A DNA stretch of 64,000 bases from Escherichia phage 308Ecol101PP, in sequence record OR062945.1; one strand, written 5' to 3'. A program made the position numbers and the translations under genes. Of the stretch, positions 54,236-62,953 are shown in pieces. The notes beneath the pieces are model-generated. The model was not told the DNA's origin. It saw nothing but the letters and a program-made list of their open reading frames with translations, and did no database searches. Within the stretch, counting starts at the first letter, position 1, and each line of letters begins with the position of its first letter.

Positions 54236-55411
54236 ATGCAAAAAAAAAAAATGAATACTTTTAAAATCGGAACGAATTTTGATTTAGCTCTTCTTGATAA
54301 AATCGTAGAGCTCAATAAAACTTATCCTAATAGCTTGATAAACGAAGTATACGGCTCTACAAGAGAAATGGCTTTTGTAGCAGCCAGACCTGATTTTAGG
54401 CTTCCTGACGTTGACAAAAAGATGTTAGAAGATTACGTTAAACGTTGTAACGAATTAGGTATTTGCTTTAACTATACACTCAACACGATAAATCCTGGTT
54501 CAAAAAGAGAACTAGTTGAGTGGAAGAAGAAAGCTATTCAGGATTATGTTCAGTATCTTTGGTCAATAGGCGTATGGCGTATTACTATCGCTAACCCTGT
54601 TGTTATGGAAATTGTTCGTGAAGTCAATAAAGACATTGAGATTGAAGTTTCAACAATTCTACATGTCGATGCTGTAACTCAAATCAAATACTTGCATGAC
54701 CAATATAATATCAAAAAGGTCTGCTGTGGAATTCATAAGAACCGTTCAGTTTCTTTCCTGAAACGTGCAGCAGAGTTTTGTAATAAGAACAATATAATAT
54801 TTGAAGTTCTTGTAAATGAGTTCTGTTCTAATGCTGGTAAAGGGTACACAACACATTGTAGCTATCGTGACTCTTGCTATATTTTCCATAGCACCGATGT
54901 TACAGTAGATGATGCCAAATCCTTAAATGGATATCCAATGCAACACTGTATTAAAGCTCGTGATACAGATCCATTTAACTGGTTGAGAACTCGTTTTGTT
55001 CGTCCTCAAGATTTGAAACTTTATAATGATATTGGTATCACTCAATTTAAAGTTTCAGGACGTACAGGTAGCACCGACTACATTTTAAAAGTTCTTGAAG
55101 CTTACGCTTCTGAAAAGTTTGAAGGTAATTTGTTGGAATTGTGGAAGCCTTTAGAGACCATTTTCACTCTTGAAAATGAGACTGAGTTTTCACATACGGT
55201 AAATATTGAAACCTCTTTGTTAGACGGCTTTTTAGAAAAAAGGTGGTTCAAACATCCAGATTTCGATTGTGCTAATGAAATCTGCGGGACGACGTGTACA
55301 TATTGTGAAAGATATTATAAACGTCAGTTATCTAAAAATGGGTTATCAGAAAACTCTATATCTATTATTGATATAACTAACTCTGATGACGCTTTGAGGT
55401 ACCCAGAATGA
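54236..55411 (+). CDS. Hypothetical protein with Cys-rich C-terminus (candidate modification enzyme; fold not recognised)
   Basis: 391 aa; C-terminal CANEICGTTCTYCERYY; A12 homopolymer at 54240-54251 between two candidate start codons (54236 and 54251). Confidence 0.65.
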   Translation: MQKKKMNTFKIGTNFDLALLDKIVELNKTYPNSLINEVYGSTREMAFVAARPDFRLPDVDKKMLEDYVKRCNELGICFNYTLNTINPGSKRELVEWKKKAIQDYVQYLWSIGVWRITIANPVVMEIVREVNKDIEIEVSTILHVDAVTQIKYLHDQYNIKKVCCGIHKNRSVSFLKRAAEFCNKNNIIFEVLVNEFCSNAGKGYTTHCSYRDSCYIFHSTDVTVDDAKSLNGYPMQHCIKARDTDPFNWLRTRFVRPQDLKLYNDIGITQFKVSGRTGSTDYILKVLEAYASEKFEGNLLELWKPLETIFTLENETEFSHTVNIETSLLDGFLEKRWFKHPDFDCANEICGTTCTYCERYYKRQLSKNGLSENSISIIDITNSDDALRYPE

Positions 55412-55569
55412 TTTCTAGAAAAACTTTTAACCACCAACTTAACGAAGAGATTTTGACTATTAAAATTAACAGCAACGAACAAATTCTTAAAAAGGCCCTT
55501 ATGGGCCTGTTTGAAACTAAAGCGGCTAAAGTGATTAAAGAAACCTGTTCAACTAGAATACTACGCTGA
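55408..55569 (+). CDS. Small ORF (53 aa), doubtful
   Basis: ATGA overlap with upstream gene, but contains a GGCCC-TTAT-GGGCC hairpin that may instead be a terminator. Confidence 0.25.
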   Translation: MISRKTFNHQLNEEILTIKINSNEQILKKALMGLFETKAAKVIKETCSTRILR

Positions 55570-55689
55570 TGCATTTCTTCATAGTGTTCTTGGAAATATC
55601 GATGCTGAAGCTTTACGTTATATCAACATCGCTAAGAAATTCAAATAAGCTTTATGAATTGAGTATATAATAACTGTATTGAGGTAAAC

Positions 55690-56406
55690 ATGGGAAAACA
55701 TAACACAATGAAATATATTAAAGCCGCAGATTTTCAATCCGCATTTAAAGCTGTCAATCGTGAAATTTTAGAAAATCCACAGTTCGTTACTGATTCTCGT
55801 ATTGGACGTTGTAATGAAATTGGGTCTATGACAGTAGTTGTTGATACCCCTTCATCATTCAAAATGACCGACCCACGTATTAATCGCATCTCTTATGAAT
55901 ATGCTGAAGATTTCTGGAAATTTATGATTTCTGGTGGTACTGATGCAAAAGAAGCATTTAAGGCATATCCTAACGTTGCTAAATTTATTTCTAAACCTAA
56001 ATCAGACGCTTTGCCTGCAAACTTCAACACTTTCTATGGTCCACGAATTGCGGCCCAGTTACCAGCTCTTCTCAAAGAACTTAAAGAGAAACCTAATTCA
56101 CGAAGAGTTGTGTTTCAAATTCTTGAAAGTTCAGATCAGGCTTTGCTTGATTCGGATGAAACGCTTGAATATCCATGTACTGACTCAGTGACTTATTATA
56201 TTCGTGATGGTAAGCTTTATACCCACTGTCATATGCGTTCTCAGAACTGTGCTGTTGTTATGCAGTTGGATTTTTATCTCCAAGGAAAATTACTTCATTA
56301 TATCGCTAACGAATGTGGTGTAGAAGTTGGTGATTATACTCATACCATGGTAAGTGCCCATGTGTTTGAACGTGATTTTGATTATGTTAAAGGATTCCTT
56401 GACTAA
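55690..56406 (+). CDS. 42: Thymidylate-synthase-fold pyrimidine hydroxymethylase (gene 42-like, divergent)
   Basis: ...KPNSRRVVF...YPCTDSVTYYIRDGKLYTHCHMRSQNCAV...SAHVFERDF parallels T4 gp42 NPDSRRG...CTNTVQYLIRDKKINAVVNMRSNDVV...SLHVYSRHF; N-terminal half diverges. Confidence 0.7.
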   Translation: MGKHNTMKYIKAADFQSAFKAVNREILENPQFVTDSRIGRCNEIGSMTVVVDTPSSFKMTDPRINRISYEYAEDFWKFMISGGTDAKEAFKAYPNVAKFISKPKSDALPANFNTFYGPRIAAQLPALLKELKEKPNSRRVVFQILESSDQALLDSDETLEYPCTDSVTYYIRDGKLYTHCHMRSQNCAVVMQLDFYLQGKLLHYIANECGVEVGDYTHTMVSAHVFERDFDYVKGFLD

Positions 56407-57305
56407 TGGCTATTTTCCGCGTACCTATCTTGAGTATGCGGTCTTATGAAACTGGACAGTATGCTATCCTTAAGGATGGCAACTTCCAACTTCATTTGCA
56501 CCGTGCTAATCCGGGTGATGTGATTACATATCCACGTAATGCATCTGATATTAAAGAATGCGAACGTCTTTTTCCAGAATTTAAGTTTGTTCCATTATGG
56601 TATAAAGATAACGCGTATAACACTCGTAAATATTTCTGGTCTGAAAATGAATTTGTGGTTGATTCATTAATTGCTTATTATGATTGTGATTTTCTAATCA
56701 CAGATATCACTGGATATGACGGCGCTTTTGATGTGGAATTCAATTTCAATATCACTGCAGACCCTAATAAACCACGTTTTTATATTGACGAATTCTTAAA
56801 AACCGACATGTTGTCGGTTAATCGTTCACTTCAAACTACTGTGTTGAATGAACGTCAAAAAGAAGTGCTGGTTAACGCAGGTGCAGATGGTAATAAGATT
56901 ATCGTAACCCAGAAAGTTATACGTCCTTCCATCATGCAGCGTCTTGTAGGTGATTTGGCTCCTATTCATCTAGATGGTATTTTTCATCCATTTCGAATTA
57001 GTGACCCGTGCTATCGTTTTGAACAAGTGGTTGAATGTGCAATTCAATTAGGTCAACCGCTTTATATAACTGATCCAAATAATAGTTTCGACAGAAATAA
57101 GTATCCTGAAGAAGCGCTGATTCGAATTTTTAATCCAACTAAAACTGAGTACTATCAAATTCTTAAAGGACGTCCGAAGATTCAATATTTCGAAAATCCT
57201 GAAGAAGTATTCCATCCAGGTCTTGGTGAGTTCATCTACTTTAATGCTTTAATTTCTTCGCCGTATAATATACCTAAATACGAAGATGTCGTAATCGAGG
57301 AATAA
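56406..57305 (+). CDS. Hypothetical protein at the beta-gt position (candidate glycosyltransferase; fold not recognised)
   Basis: 299 aa; TAATG overlap with gene 42-like; occupies the slot where T4 has beta-glucosyltransferase. Confidence 0.6.
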   Translation: MAIFRVPILSMRSYETGQYAILKDGNFQLHLHRANPGDVITYPRNASDIKECERLFPEFKFVPLWYKDNAYNTRKYFWSENEFVVDSLIAYYDCDFLITDITGYDGAFDVEFNFNITADPNKPRFYIDEFLKTDMLSVNRSLQTTVLNERQKEVLVNAGADGNKIIVTQKVIRPSIMQRLVGDLAPIHLDGIFHPFRISDPCYRFEQVVECAIQLGQPLYITDPNNSFDRNKYPEEALIRIFNPTKTEYYQILKGRPKIQYFENPEEVFHPGLGEFIYFNALISSPYNIPKYEDVVIEE

Positions 57306-57306
57306 A

Positions 57307-57855
57307 ATGGTTAAAATTATTTTAGTAGATGGCCCGGATAATGCCGGTAAAACAACTTTCATTAATGACATAATGGAAATTAGTGAAAGATATGTAAAGA
57401 TTGATTTCCCTAAACGAACAGTTGATGGACGTTTCGATGTTAAGTCTCGAAATGAAGTTGGCTGTTTCGAAACGATGTTGAATTATTTAGACCCTACTAA
57501 GATTTATCTGTTAGACCGTGGATATATTAGTAACTGGGTTTATGGACGTATTCGACAAGATGCGGACTCGGTTCTTGACGTTTATGAACAGGATTATGTT
57601 CGTCTTTGCCAAAACCATGATGTGTTCACAATTATTTTAACACGTAACGAAATGACTGAAAGTTTTGAAGACGACCTTATTACTTTGTCTTCATTCGGTT
57701 TTAATACAGTCATTTCATATTTTGAAGAGTTTGCAATTCATAACAAAATCCAAACGTATCAATTACTTAATCATGACGGTGCTAACAAAGTTATAGGATT
57801 TAATGCAAGCGAACGTAATTATTTGATTACAGAAATTATCAAATGGGCTCGTTAA
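57307..57855 (+). CDS. P-loop nucleoside/nucleotide kinase-like protein
   Basis: MVKIILVDGPDNAGKTTF Walker A; LLDRGYISNWVYG resembles the thymidylate-kinase DR(Y/H) region. Confidence 0.65.
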   Translation: MVKIILVDGPDNAGKTTFINDIMEISERYVKIDFPKRTVDGRFDVKSRNEVGCFETMLNYLDPTKIYLLDRGYISNWVYGRIRQDADSVLDVYEQDYVRLCQNHDVFTIILTRNEMTESFEDDLITLSSFGFNTVISYFEEFAIHNKIQTYQLLNHDGANKVIGFNASERNYLITEIIKWAR

Positions 57856-57954
57856 GAGCCTGTTTAAAGTTTTAAATGCTGTATAACCCTTAGTATATAA
57901 TCGTCTTATCTTTTAAACATGAGTAAAATATAATGATGCCTATGGAAAAATACA

Positions 57955-59127
57955 ATGTCTGATTTAAAATCTCGTCTGATTAAAGCTTCTACTTCTAAAA
58001 TGACTGCAGACTTGACTAAGTCTAAGCTGTTTAATAATCGTGATGAAGTCCCTACTCGTATTCCGATGTTGAATATTGCATTAGGTGGTGCACTGAATGC
58101 CGGGTTGCAATCAGGCTTAACTATTTTTGCTGCTCCTTCTAAACACTTTAAAACGTTGTTTGGGCTGACCATGGTTGCAGCATATATGAAGAAATATAAA
58201 GATGCAATTTGTTTGTTCTATGATTCAGAATTTGGTGCTTCAGAATCTTATTTTCGTTCAATGGGTGTTGATTTAGACCGTGTAGTTCATACTCCTATTC
58301 AATCTGTCGAACAACTTAAAGTTGATATGACTAATCAGCTTGACGCGATTGAACGTGGTGATAAAGTTATTATCTTTATCGATTCAATCGGTAATACTGC
58401 ATCTAAGAAAGAAACCGAAGATGCGTTGAACGAGAAAGTCGTAGGTGATATGTCTCGTGCTAAGGCACTTAAATCTCTTTTCCGTATTGTGACCCCGTAT
58501 CTGACTATTAAAGATATTCCGTGTGTTGCAATTAACCATACAGCAATGGAAATCGGCGGATTGTATCCTAAAGAGATTATGGGCGGTGGTACAGGTATTC
58601 TTTATTCTGCCAACACGGTATTTTTTATCTCTAAACGTCAGGTTAAAGAAGGCACAGAATTGACCGGTTATGACTTCACGTTGAAAGCAGAAAAATCTCG
58701 AACCGTTAAAGAAAAATCTACTTTCCCAATCACGGTTAATTTTGATGGTGGTATCGACCCATTCAGTGGCTTGTTAGAAATGGCAACTGAAATTGGTTTT
58801 GTAGTTAAGCCTAAAGCCGGGTGGTATGCTCGAGAATTCCTTGACGAAGAAACAGGCGAAATGATTCGTGAAGAAAAATCATGGCGTGCTAAAGCTACTG
58901 ATTGTGTAGAATTCTGGGGACCGTTGTTTAAACACAAACCTTTCCGAGACGCAATTGAAACTAAATATAAACTAGGTGCTATCTCTTCTATTAAAGAAGT
59001 TGATGACGCTGTTAATGACCTTATTAATTGCAAAGCAACAACTAAAGTTCCGGTTAAAACTTCTGATGCACCGTCTGCAGCAGATATAGAAAACGACCTT
59101 GACGAAATGGAAGATTTCGATGAATAA
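57955..59127 (+). CDS. uvsX: Recombinase UvsX (RecA-like)
   Basis: MSDLKSRLIKASTSKMTADLT...; matches T4 UvsX throughout. Confidence 0.95.
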   Translation: MSDLKSRLIKASTSKMTADLTKSKLFNNRDEVPTRIPMLNIALGGALNAGLQSGLTIFAAPSKHFKTLFGLTMVAAYMKKYKDAICLFYDSEFGASESYFRSMGVDLDRVVHTPIQSVEQLKVDMTNQLDAIERGDKVIIFIDSIGNTASKKETEDALNEKVVGDMSRAKALKSLFRIVTPYLTIKDIPCVAINHTAMEIGGLYPKEIMGGGTGILYSANTVFFISKRQVKEGTELTGYDFTLKAEKSRTVKEKSTFPITVNFDGGIDPFSGLLEMATEIGFVVKPKAGWYAREFLDEETGEMIREEKSWRAKATDCVEFWGPLFKHKPFRDAIETKYKLGAISSIKEVDDAVNDLINCKATTKVPVKTSDAPSAADIENDLDEMEDFDE

Positions 59128-59461
59128 TCTCGATGATTTAAATCTAGAAATCGTTGATGAATCCCCTTCTTCGGAAGGGGAAGACATTCGCAAAGAACGA
59201 GTGTTTAATGAATCTCTTAAAATTATCCGTTCAGCAATGGAAAATGTCATTCAAGAGATTCTGATTACACTTGAAGACGGTTCTCATCATATAGTCTATA
59301 TTACAAAACTAGACTGGGTTGATGGTAAAATCGTAATGGACTTTGCAGTTCTTGACCAGGATAGAAAAGCAGAACTTGCACCACATGTTGAAAAATGTGT
59401 TACAATGCAAGTACAACAAGCTTTTAATGAACGGACCAAGAAAAAATTTAAATTCTTTTAA
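59120..59461 (+). CDS. 40: gp40-position protein (head vertex assembly chaperone in T4)
   Basis: 113 aa ORF overlapping uvsX stop, upstream of gene 41, as T4 gene 40. Confidence 0.6.
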   Translation: MNNLDDLNLEIVDESPSSEGEDIRKERVFNESLKIIRSAMENVIQEILITLEDGSHHIVYITKLDWVDGKIVMDFAVLDQDRKAELAPHVEKCVTMQVQQAFNERTKKKFKFF

Positions 59462-59470
59462 GGAGTTATC

Positions 59471-60913
59471 GTGGTAGAAATTATTTTGTCTCATCTAGTA
59501 TATGACCAGGCTTATTTTTCTAAGGTCTGGCCTTATATGGATTCTGAGTATTTTGAGCGTGGACCGGCAAAAAATGTCTTTAAAATTATAAAGAGCCACG
59601 TTAACGAATATAATGCAATGCCATCTATCAATGCGTTAAAGGTGGCTTTAGATAACAGTTCTTTAACTGAAGCCGAATATAAAGGAACTTCAGACCTAAT
59701 TGAAAAATTGGCTGATACTCCTGAAGACCATGAATGGTTGGTTAAAGAAACTGAGAAATATGTCCAGCAAAAAGCGATGTATAATGCTACGTCCAAAATC
59801 ATTGAGATTCAGTCTAATGCTGAATTACCTCCAGAACAACGTAACAAGAAAATGCCTGATGTAGGAGCTATTCCTGATATTATGCGTCAAGCACTTTCAA
59901 TTTCGTTTGATAGTTATGTTGGGCATGACTGGATGGAAGACTATGAAGCACGCTGGCTTTCTTATCTAAACAAAGCACGTAAGGTCCCGTTCAAATTAAA
60001 CATTCTGAATAAAATCACTAAAGGTGGTGCTGAAACCGGTACACTGAATGTTTTAATGGCTGGTGTTAACGTTGGTAAATCTTTAGGCCTTTGTTCACTT
60101 GCTGCAGATTATCTTCAAACAGGTCATAACGTTCTTTATATTTCTATGGAAATGGCTGAAGAAGTTTGCGCTAAGCGTATAGATGCAAACATGCTTGACG
60201 TATCACTTGATGATATTGATGATGGTAACGTATCTTATGCTGAATATAAAGCCAAGATGGAAAAATGGCGTTCAAAATCCACATTAGGACGTTTAGTAGT
60301 TAAACAGTATCCTACTGGCGGAGCTAATGCTAATACATTCCGTGCATTGCTTAATGAATTGAAACTCAAGAAGAACTTTGTGCCATCTGTAATCATGGTT
60401 GATTACTTAGGTATTTGTGGGTCTTGTCGTATCAGAGTTTACACTGAAAATAGTTACACATTAGTTAAAGCTATCGCAGAAGAACTTCGTGCATTAGCAG
60501 TAGAATCTGAAACAGTTCTATGGACTGCAGCTCAAGTAGGACGTGCAGCATGGGATGCTTCGGATATGAACATGAGCGATATTGCAGAATCAGCAGGTTT
60601 ACCAGCAACGGCAGATTTCATGTTGGCCGTAATTGAAACCGAAGAACTTGCACAAGCCGAACAACAACTTATCAAACAAATCAAATCACGATACGGCGAT
60701 AAGAATAAGTGGAATAAATTCCTGATGGGTGTACGTAAAGGCAACCAGAAATGGATTGAGATTGAGCAAGAAGGCATGAACACATCTAACACAGTAAATG
60801 AAAACGCAGGTGCTCAGATGCGTCAGGCAGAGGTGAATCGTACGGAACGCGTAGGTAAAGCCAAAGCAACACGTGCTGACCTAGATAGCTTAGCCAATGA
60901 GTTAAAATTTTAA
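59471..60913 (+). CDS. 41: Replicative DNA helicase gp41 (DnaB-like)
   Basis: GTG start; MVEIILSHLVYDQAYFSKVWPYMDSEYFERGPAKN...; Walker A AGVNVGKS; matches T4 gp41. Confidence 0.95.
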   Translation: MVEIILSHLVYDQAYFSKVWPYMDSEYFERGPAKNVFKIIKSHVNEYNAMPSINALKVALDNSSLTEAEYKGTSDLIEKLADTPEDHEWLVKETEKYVQQKAMYNATSKIIEIQSNAELPPEQRNKKMPDVGAIPDIMRQALSISFDSYVGHDWMEDYEARWLSYLNKARKVPFKLNILNKITKGGAETGTLNVLMAGVNVGKSLGLCSLAADYLQTGHNVLYISMEMAEEVCAKRIDANMLDVSLDDIDDGNVSYAEYKAKMEKWRSKSTLGRLVVKQYPTGGANANTFRALLNELKLKKNFVPSVIMVDYLGICGSCRIRVYTENSYTLVKAIAEELRALAVESETVLWTAAQVGRAAWDASDMNMSDIAESAGLPATADFMLAVIETEELAQAEQQLIKQIKSRYGDKNKWNKFLMGVRKGNQKWIEIEQEGMNTSNTVNENAGAQMRQAEVNRTERVGKAKATRADLDSLANELKF

Positions 60914-60918
60914 TAAAA

Positions 60919-60938
60919 AGGAGACTTCGGTCTCCTTT
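60919..60938 (+). terminator. Terminator-like hairpin after gene 41
   Basis: GGAGAC-TTCG-GTCTCC then TTTCGGGG. Confidence 0.55.
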
Positions 60939-60942
60939 CGGG

Positions 60943-60996
60943 GTTTACATCTTCCTCTAGGCATGATACGATGTACTTACACCAACCAAGAGGAAA
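60943..60996 (+). promoter_or_regulatory. Early promoter cassette with anti-SD/SD inverted repeat
   Basis: GTTTAC; TTCCTCT ... AGAGGAA. Confidence 0.5.
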
Positions 60997-61001
60997 ACAT
61001 T

Positions 61002-61376
61002 ATGAATATGTCTCAAGCAATTTTTACTGCAATCACCGAAAACACAACTGTTGAAGTAGTTTCTCCACTGGCAACCTACGTTATTCTTGCTCCTAAAACT
61101 ATTGTATCTCGTATGGAAAACATGGGCAAACGTATCGTACAAATTGTTGGAGCCGGAAATCAAAAACTTGATTATCTGCGAACCATCAAAGCTTATGAAC
61201 ATTTCCAACTCGAAAAAGGTTCTCCTATCCAGGTAGAACTCGTAAATGGTGATATCGTTCGAGCAATGTTCCATCATTTCTATGCATTGAATGACCCATC
61301 TAAAGCAGTTCGTTTAATTGCATACGACGCAAACCAAACCGAAATCAACGCAGATGTATCTAAATTACGTTTTTAA
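61002..61376 (+). CDS. Hypothetical protein
   Basis: Promoter cassette 60943; SD AGAGGAAAA then ATG 61002. Confidence 0.6.
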   Translation: MNMSQAIFTAITENTTVEVVSPLATYVILAPKTIVSRMENMGKRIVQIVGAGNQKLDYLRTIKAYEHFQLEKGSPIQVELVNGDIVRAMFHHFYALNDPSKAVRLIAYDANQTEINADVSKLRF

Positions 61377-61427
61377 GTTTACTTCTCCAGTAGTTGTGTT
61401 ATTATAGACCTATCAACTACTGGAGAA
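61377..61427 (+). promoter_or_regulatory. Early promoter stem-loop cassette; 14-bp perfect IR
   Basis: GTTTAC; TTCTCCAGTAGTTG / CAACTACTGGAGAA; differs from the 19727 copy by compensatory changes. Confidence 0.65.
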
Positions 61428-61431
61428 CAAA

Positions 61432-61749
61432 ATGAAAACCATCGATTGTAAAGCAGAATTTAAGATTTTTTATCACGGTTCAAGTAGTTCAGCTAACATC
61501 GAAAACATGCTTTGTCCTCCTGAGGAAACAGGAGTTCTGTCTGAAACCGGACGTAAGAAAAACTTGGATCGTGTATTCTTTACTGAAGATATCGGTTTAG
61601 CAAAGATTTATGCAGGACGAGCAGCACGCTCTTATGGAGGTGAACCACGTCTCTATCGAGTAATTTCTCCGGTAGACGTAGTTCAAATGAATGATACTAA
61701 AGGTGCTACAGTTTATCACGCTGAATGGGCATTTTGTGAGGAAATATGA
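61432..61749 (+). CDS. Hypothetical protein
   Basis: Promoter cassette 61377; SD GGAGAA. Confidence 0.6.
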   Translation: MKTIDCKAEFKIFYHGSSSSANIENMLCPPEETGVLSETGRKKNLDRVFFTEDIGLAKIYAGRAARSYGGEPRLYRVISPVDVVQMNDTKGATVYHAEWAFCEEI

Positions 61750-61937
61750 GCAAATTAACTAAAGTTACTTTTATAGGTTGGTTTAAAAGCGGTGAGATGT
61801 TCACTAAAGATATCATGTTATCAGGTGATCGCGAAGAAATCGAGTGGGTTACGGTACAACTTGCTGAAGTGAACAACGCATTAGTTAAAGCATTTGTTAA
61901 TGACGAGAAAGTTTTTGAAGCTGATTTCAGAGGATAA
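61746..61937 (+). CDS. Hypothetical protein
   Basis: ATGA overlap; 63 aa. Confidence 0.5.
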   Translation: MSKLTKVTFIGWFKSGEMFTKDIMLSGDREEIEWVTVQLAEVNNALVKAFVNDEKVFEADFRG

Positions 61938-61938
61938 T

Positions 61939-62151
61939 ATGTATTCAACTGTGTTTAAACCATCAACATACGAATTTGCATCAACTACACAATGGAAAGC
62001 TCTTATTCTGGAAGGATGGGAACTAATGATGGACTGTGAAGCATCTGAAAAGTTTCCGCACGGCAAAGTGGACTTCGTTAAATTTGCTGTACGTCCGACT
62101 AAACGACAGATTCGTCAAGAAAAACGCAAATTTCGCAAAAGTTTAAAATAA
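61939..62151 (+). CDS. Small basic protein, VRPTKRQ-tail family
   Basis: C-terminal ...FAVRPTKRQIRQEKRKFRKSLK; SD GAGGATAA then ATG 61939. Confidence 0.5.
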   Translation: MYSTVFKPSTYEFASTTQWKALILEGWELMMDCEASEKFPHGKVDFVKFAVRPTKRQIRQEKRKFRKSLK

Positions 62152-62153
62152 CT

Positions 62154-62183
62154 GTTTACAAGCACCACATACTGTGTTACTAT
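62154..62183 (+). promoter_or_regulatory. Early promoter (GTTTAC ... TGTTACTAT)
   Basis: Consensus hexamers upstream of lipoprotein gene. Confidence 0.5.
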
Positions 62184-62211
62184 CTTTTTATCAACTACAG
62201 AGGAAATTAAA

Positions 62212-62580
62212 ATGAAAAAATTAATCGCTTTAGCAATGGTATTTGGATTAACCGGATGTGGTGCCCATGGCTTTATCCCTAATAACGTTGGCCAATTGAT
62301 TTACAATCCGAATGTTAAACAATATGAACAACCTAAAGTTGAAGTGGAAGACCCGGTTACTGTAGGTAATCGAATGATTCAAGCTGATGCCCATGCTCAA
62401 CGTTATCGTGACTCTGATACTGTAGCTGTGTCAAAGGAACAGCGCGTTAAAGAACATTGCTTACAGGCTACTGAAATCGCATTCATTCGCTATGTTGAAA
62501 CAACCGGTAAAGAGCCTACCCAGAAACAAATCGCGAATAACTACGTCCAGTGTATTGAACGTTTAAACAAATTTAATTAA
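62212..62580 (+). CDS. Lipoprotein
   Basis: MKKLIALAMVFGLTGC signal peptide with lipobox; promoter 62154. Confidence 0.6.
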   Translation: MKKLIALAMVFGLTGCGAHGFIPNNVGQLIYNPNVKQYEQPKVEVEDPVTVGNRMIQADAHAQRYRDSDTVAVSKEQRVKEHCLQATEIAFIRYVETTGKEPTQKQIANNYVQCIERLNKFN

Positions 62581-62641
62581 TTGGTTTACGCCAAAGTTAA
62601 AACAAGATGCTATAAACATAACAAATCAAGAGGAAATTAAC

Positions 62642-62890
62642 ATGGAATTATTCGTGGCTAGTTCAGTAGCAGTTTTAATCGCAGGTATTGGTTCAATCAT
62701 CATTTACATGTTGCCTTGGGTAATCGCACTTATTCGTGGCACAAAAAGCACAACAGCAATCTTCTTTGTATCTTTACTCTTTAACTGGACGATGATTGGT
62801 TGGATTGGAACTTTAATTTGGTCTATTGTTGCCGAAAAGAAATCTGCTCAGCAGCCTCAACAAGTAATTATTATTCGCGAAAAAGAATAA
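62642..62890 (+). CDS. Small membrane protein
   Basis: Two hydrophobic segments; 82 aa. Confidence 0.55.
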   Translation: MELFVASSVAVLIAGIGSIIIYMLPWVIALIRGTKSTTAIFFVSLLFNWTMIGWIGTLIWSIVAEKKSAQQPQQVIIIREKE

Positions 62891-62894
62891 ACTT

Positions 62895-62933
62895 GTTTAC
62901 ATTATAGATGGACTATAGTATAGTAGTCCTATC
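62895..62933 (+). promoter_or_regulatory. Early promoter stem-loop cassette (PeSL-like)
   Basis: GTTTAC; IR GATGGACTA / TAGTCCTATC. Confidence 0.55.
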
Positions 62934-62953
62934 AAATCAACTAAGGAGTTAAA

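Noticed and set aside
55408-55569. 53 aa ORF between the 391 aa gene and the gene 42-like gene
   Set aside because: Retained only at low confidence: it contains a GGCCC-TTAT-GGGCC hairpin that may be the terminator of the upstream gene, and no promoter or strong SD precedes it.
61432-61749. Considered calling this ORF (or 63249..63899) the anti-DarT factor AdfA/61.2 homolog
   Set aside because: I cannot recall the AdfA sequence well enough to assign it; the position downstream of gene 41 is suggestive, but ORF sizes do not let me map the 61.1-61.5 series reliably.
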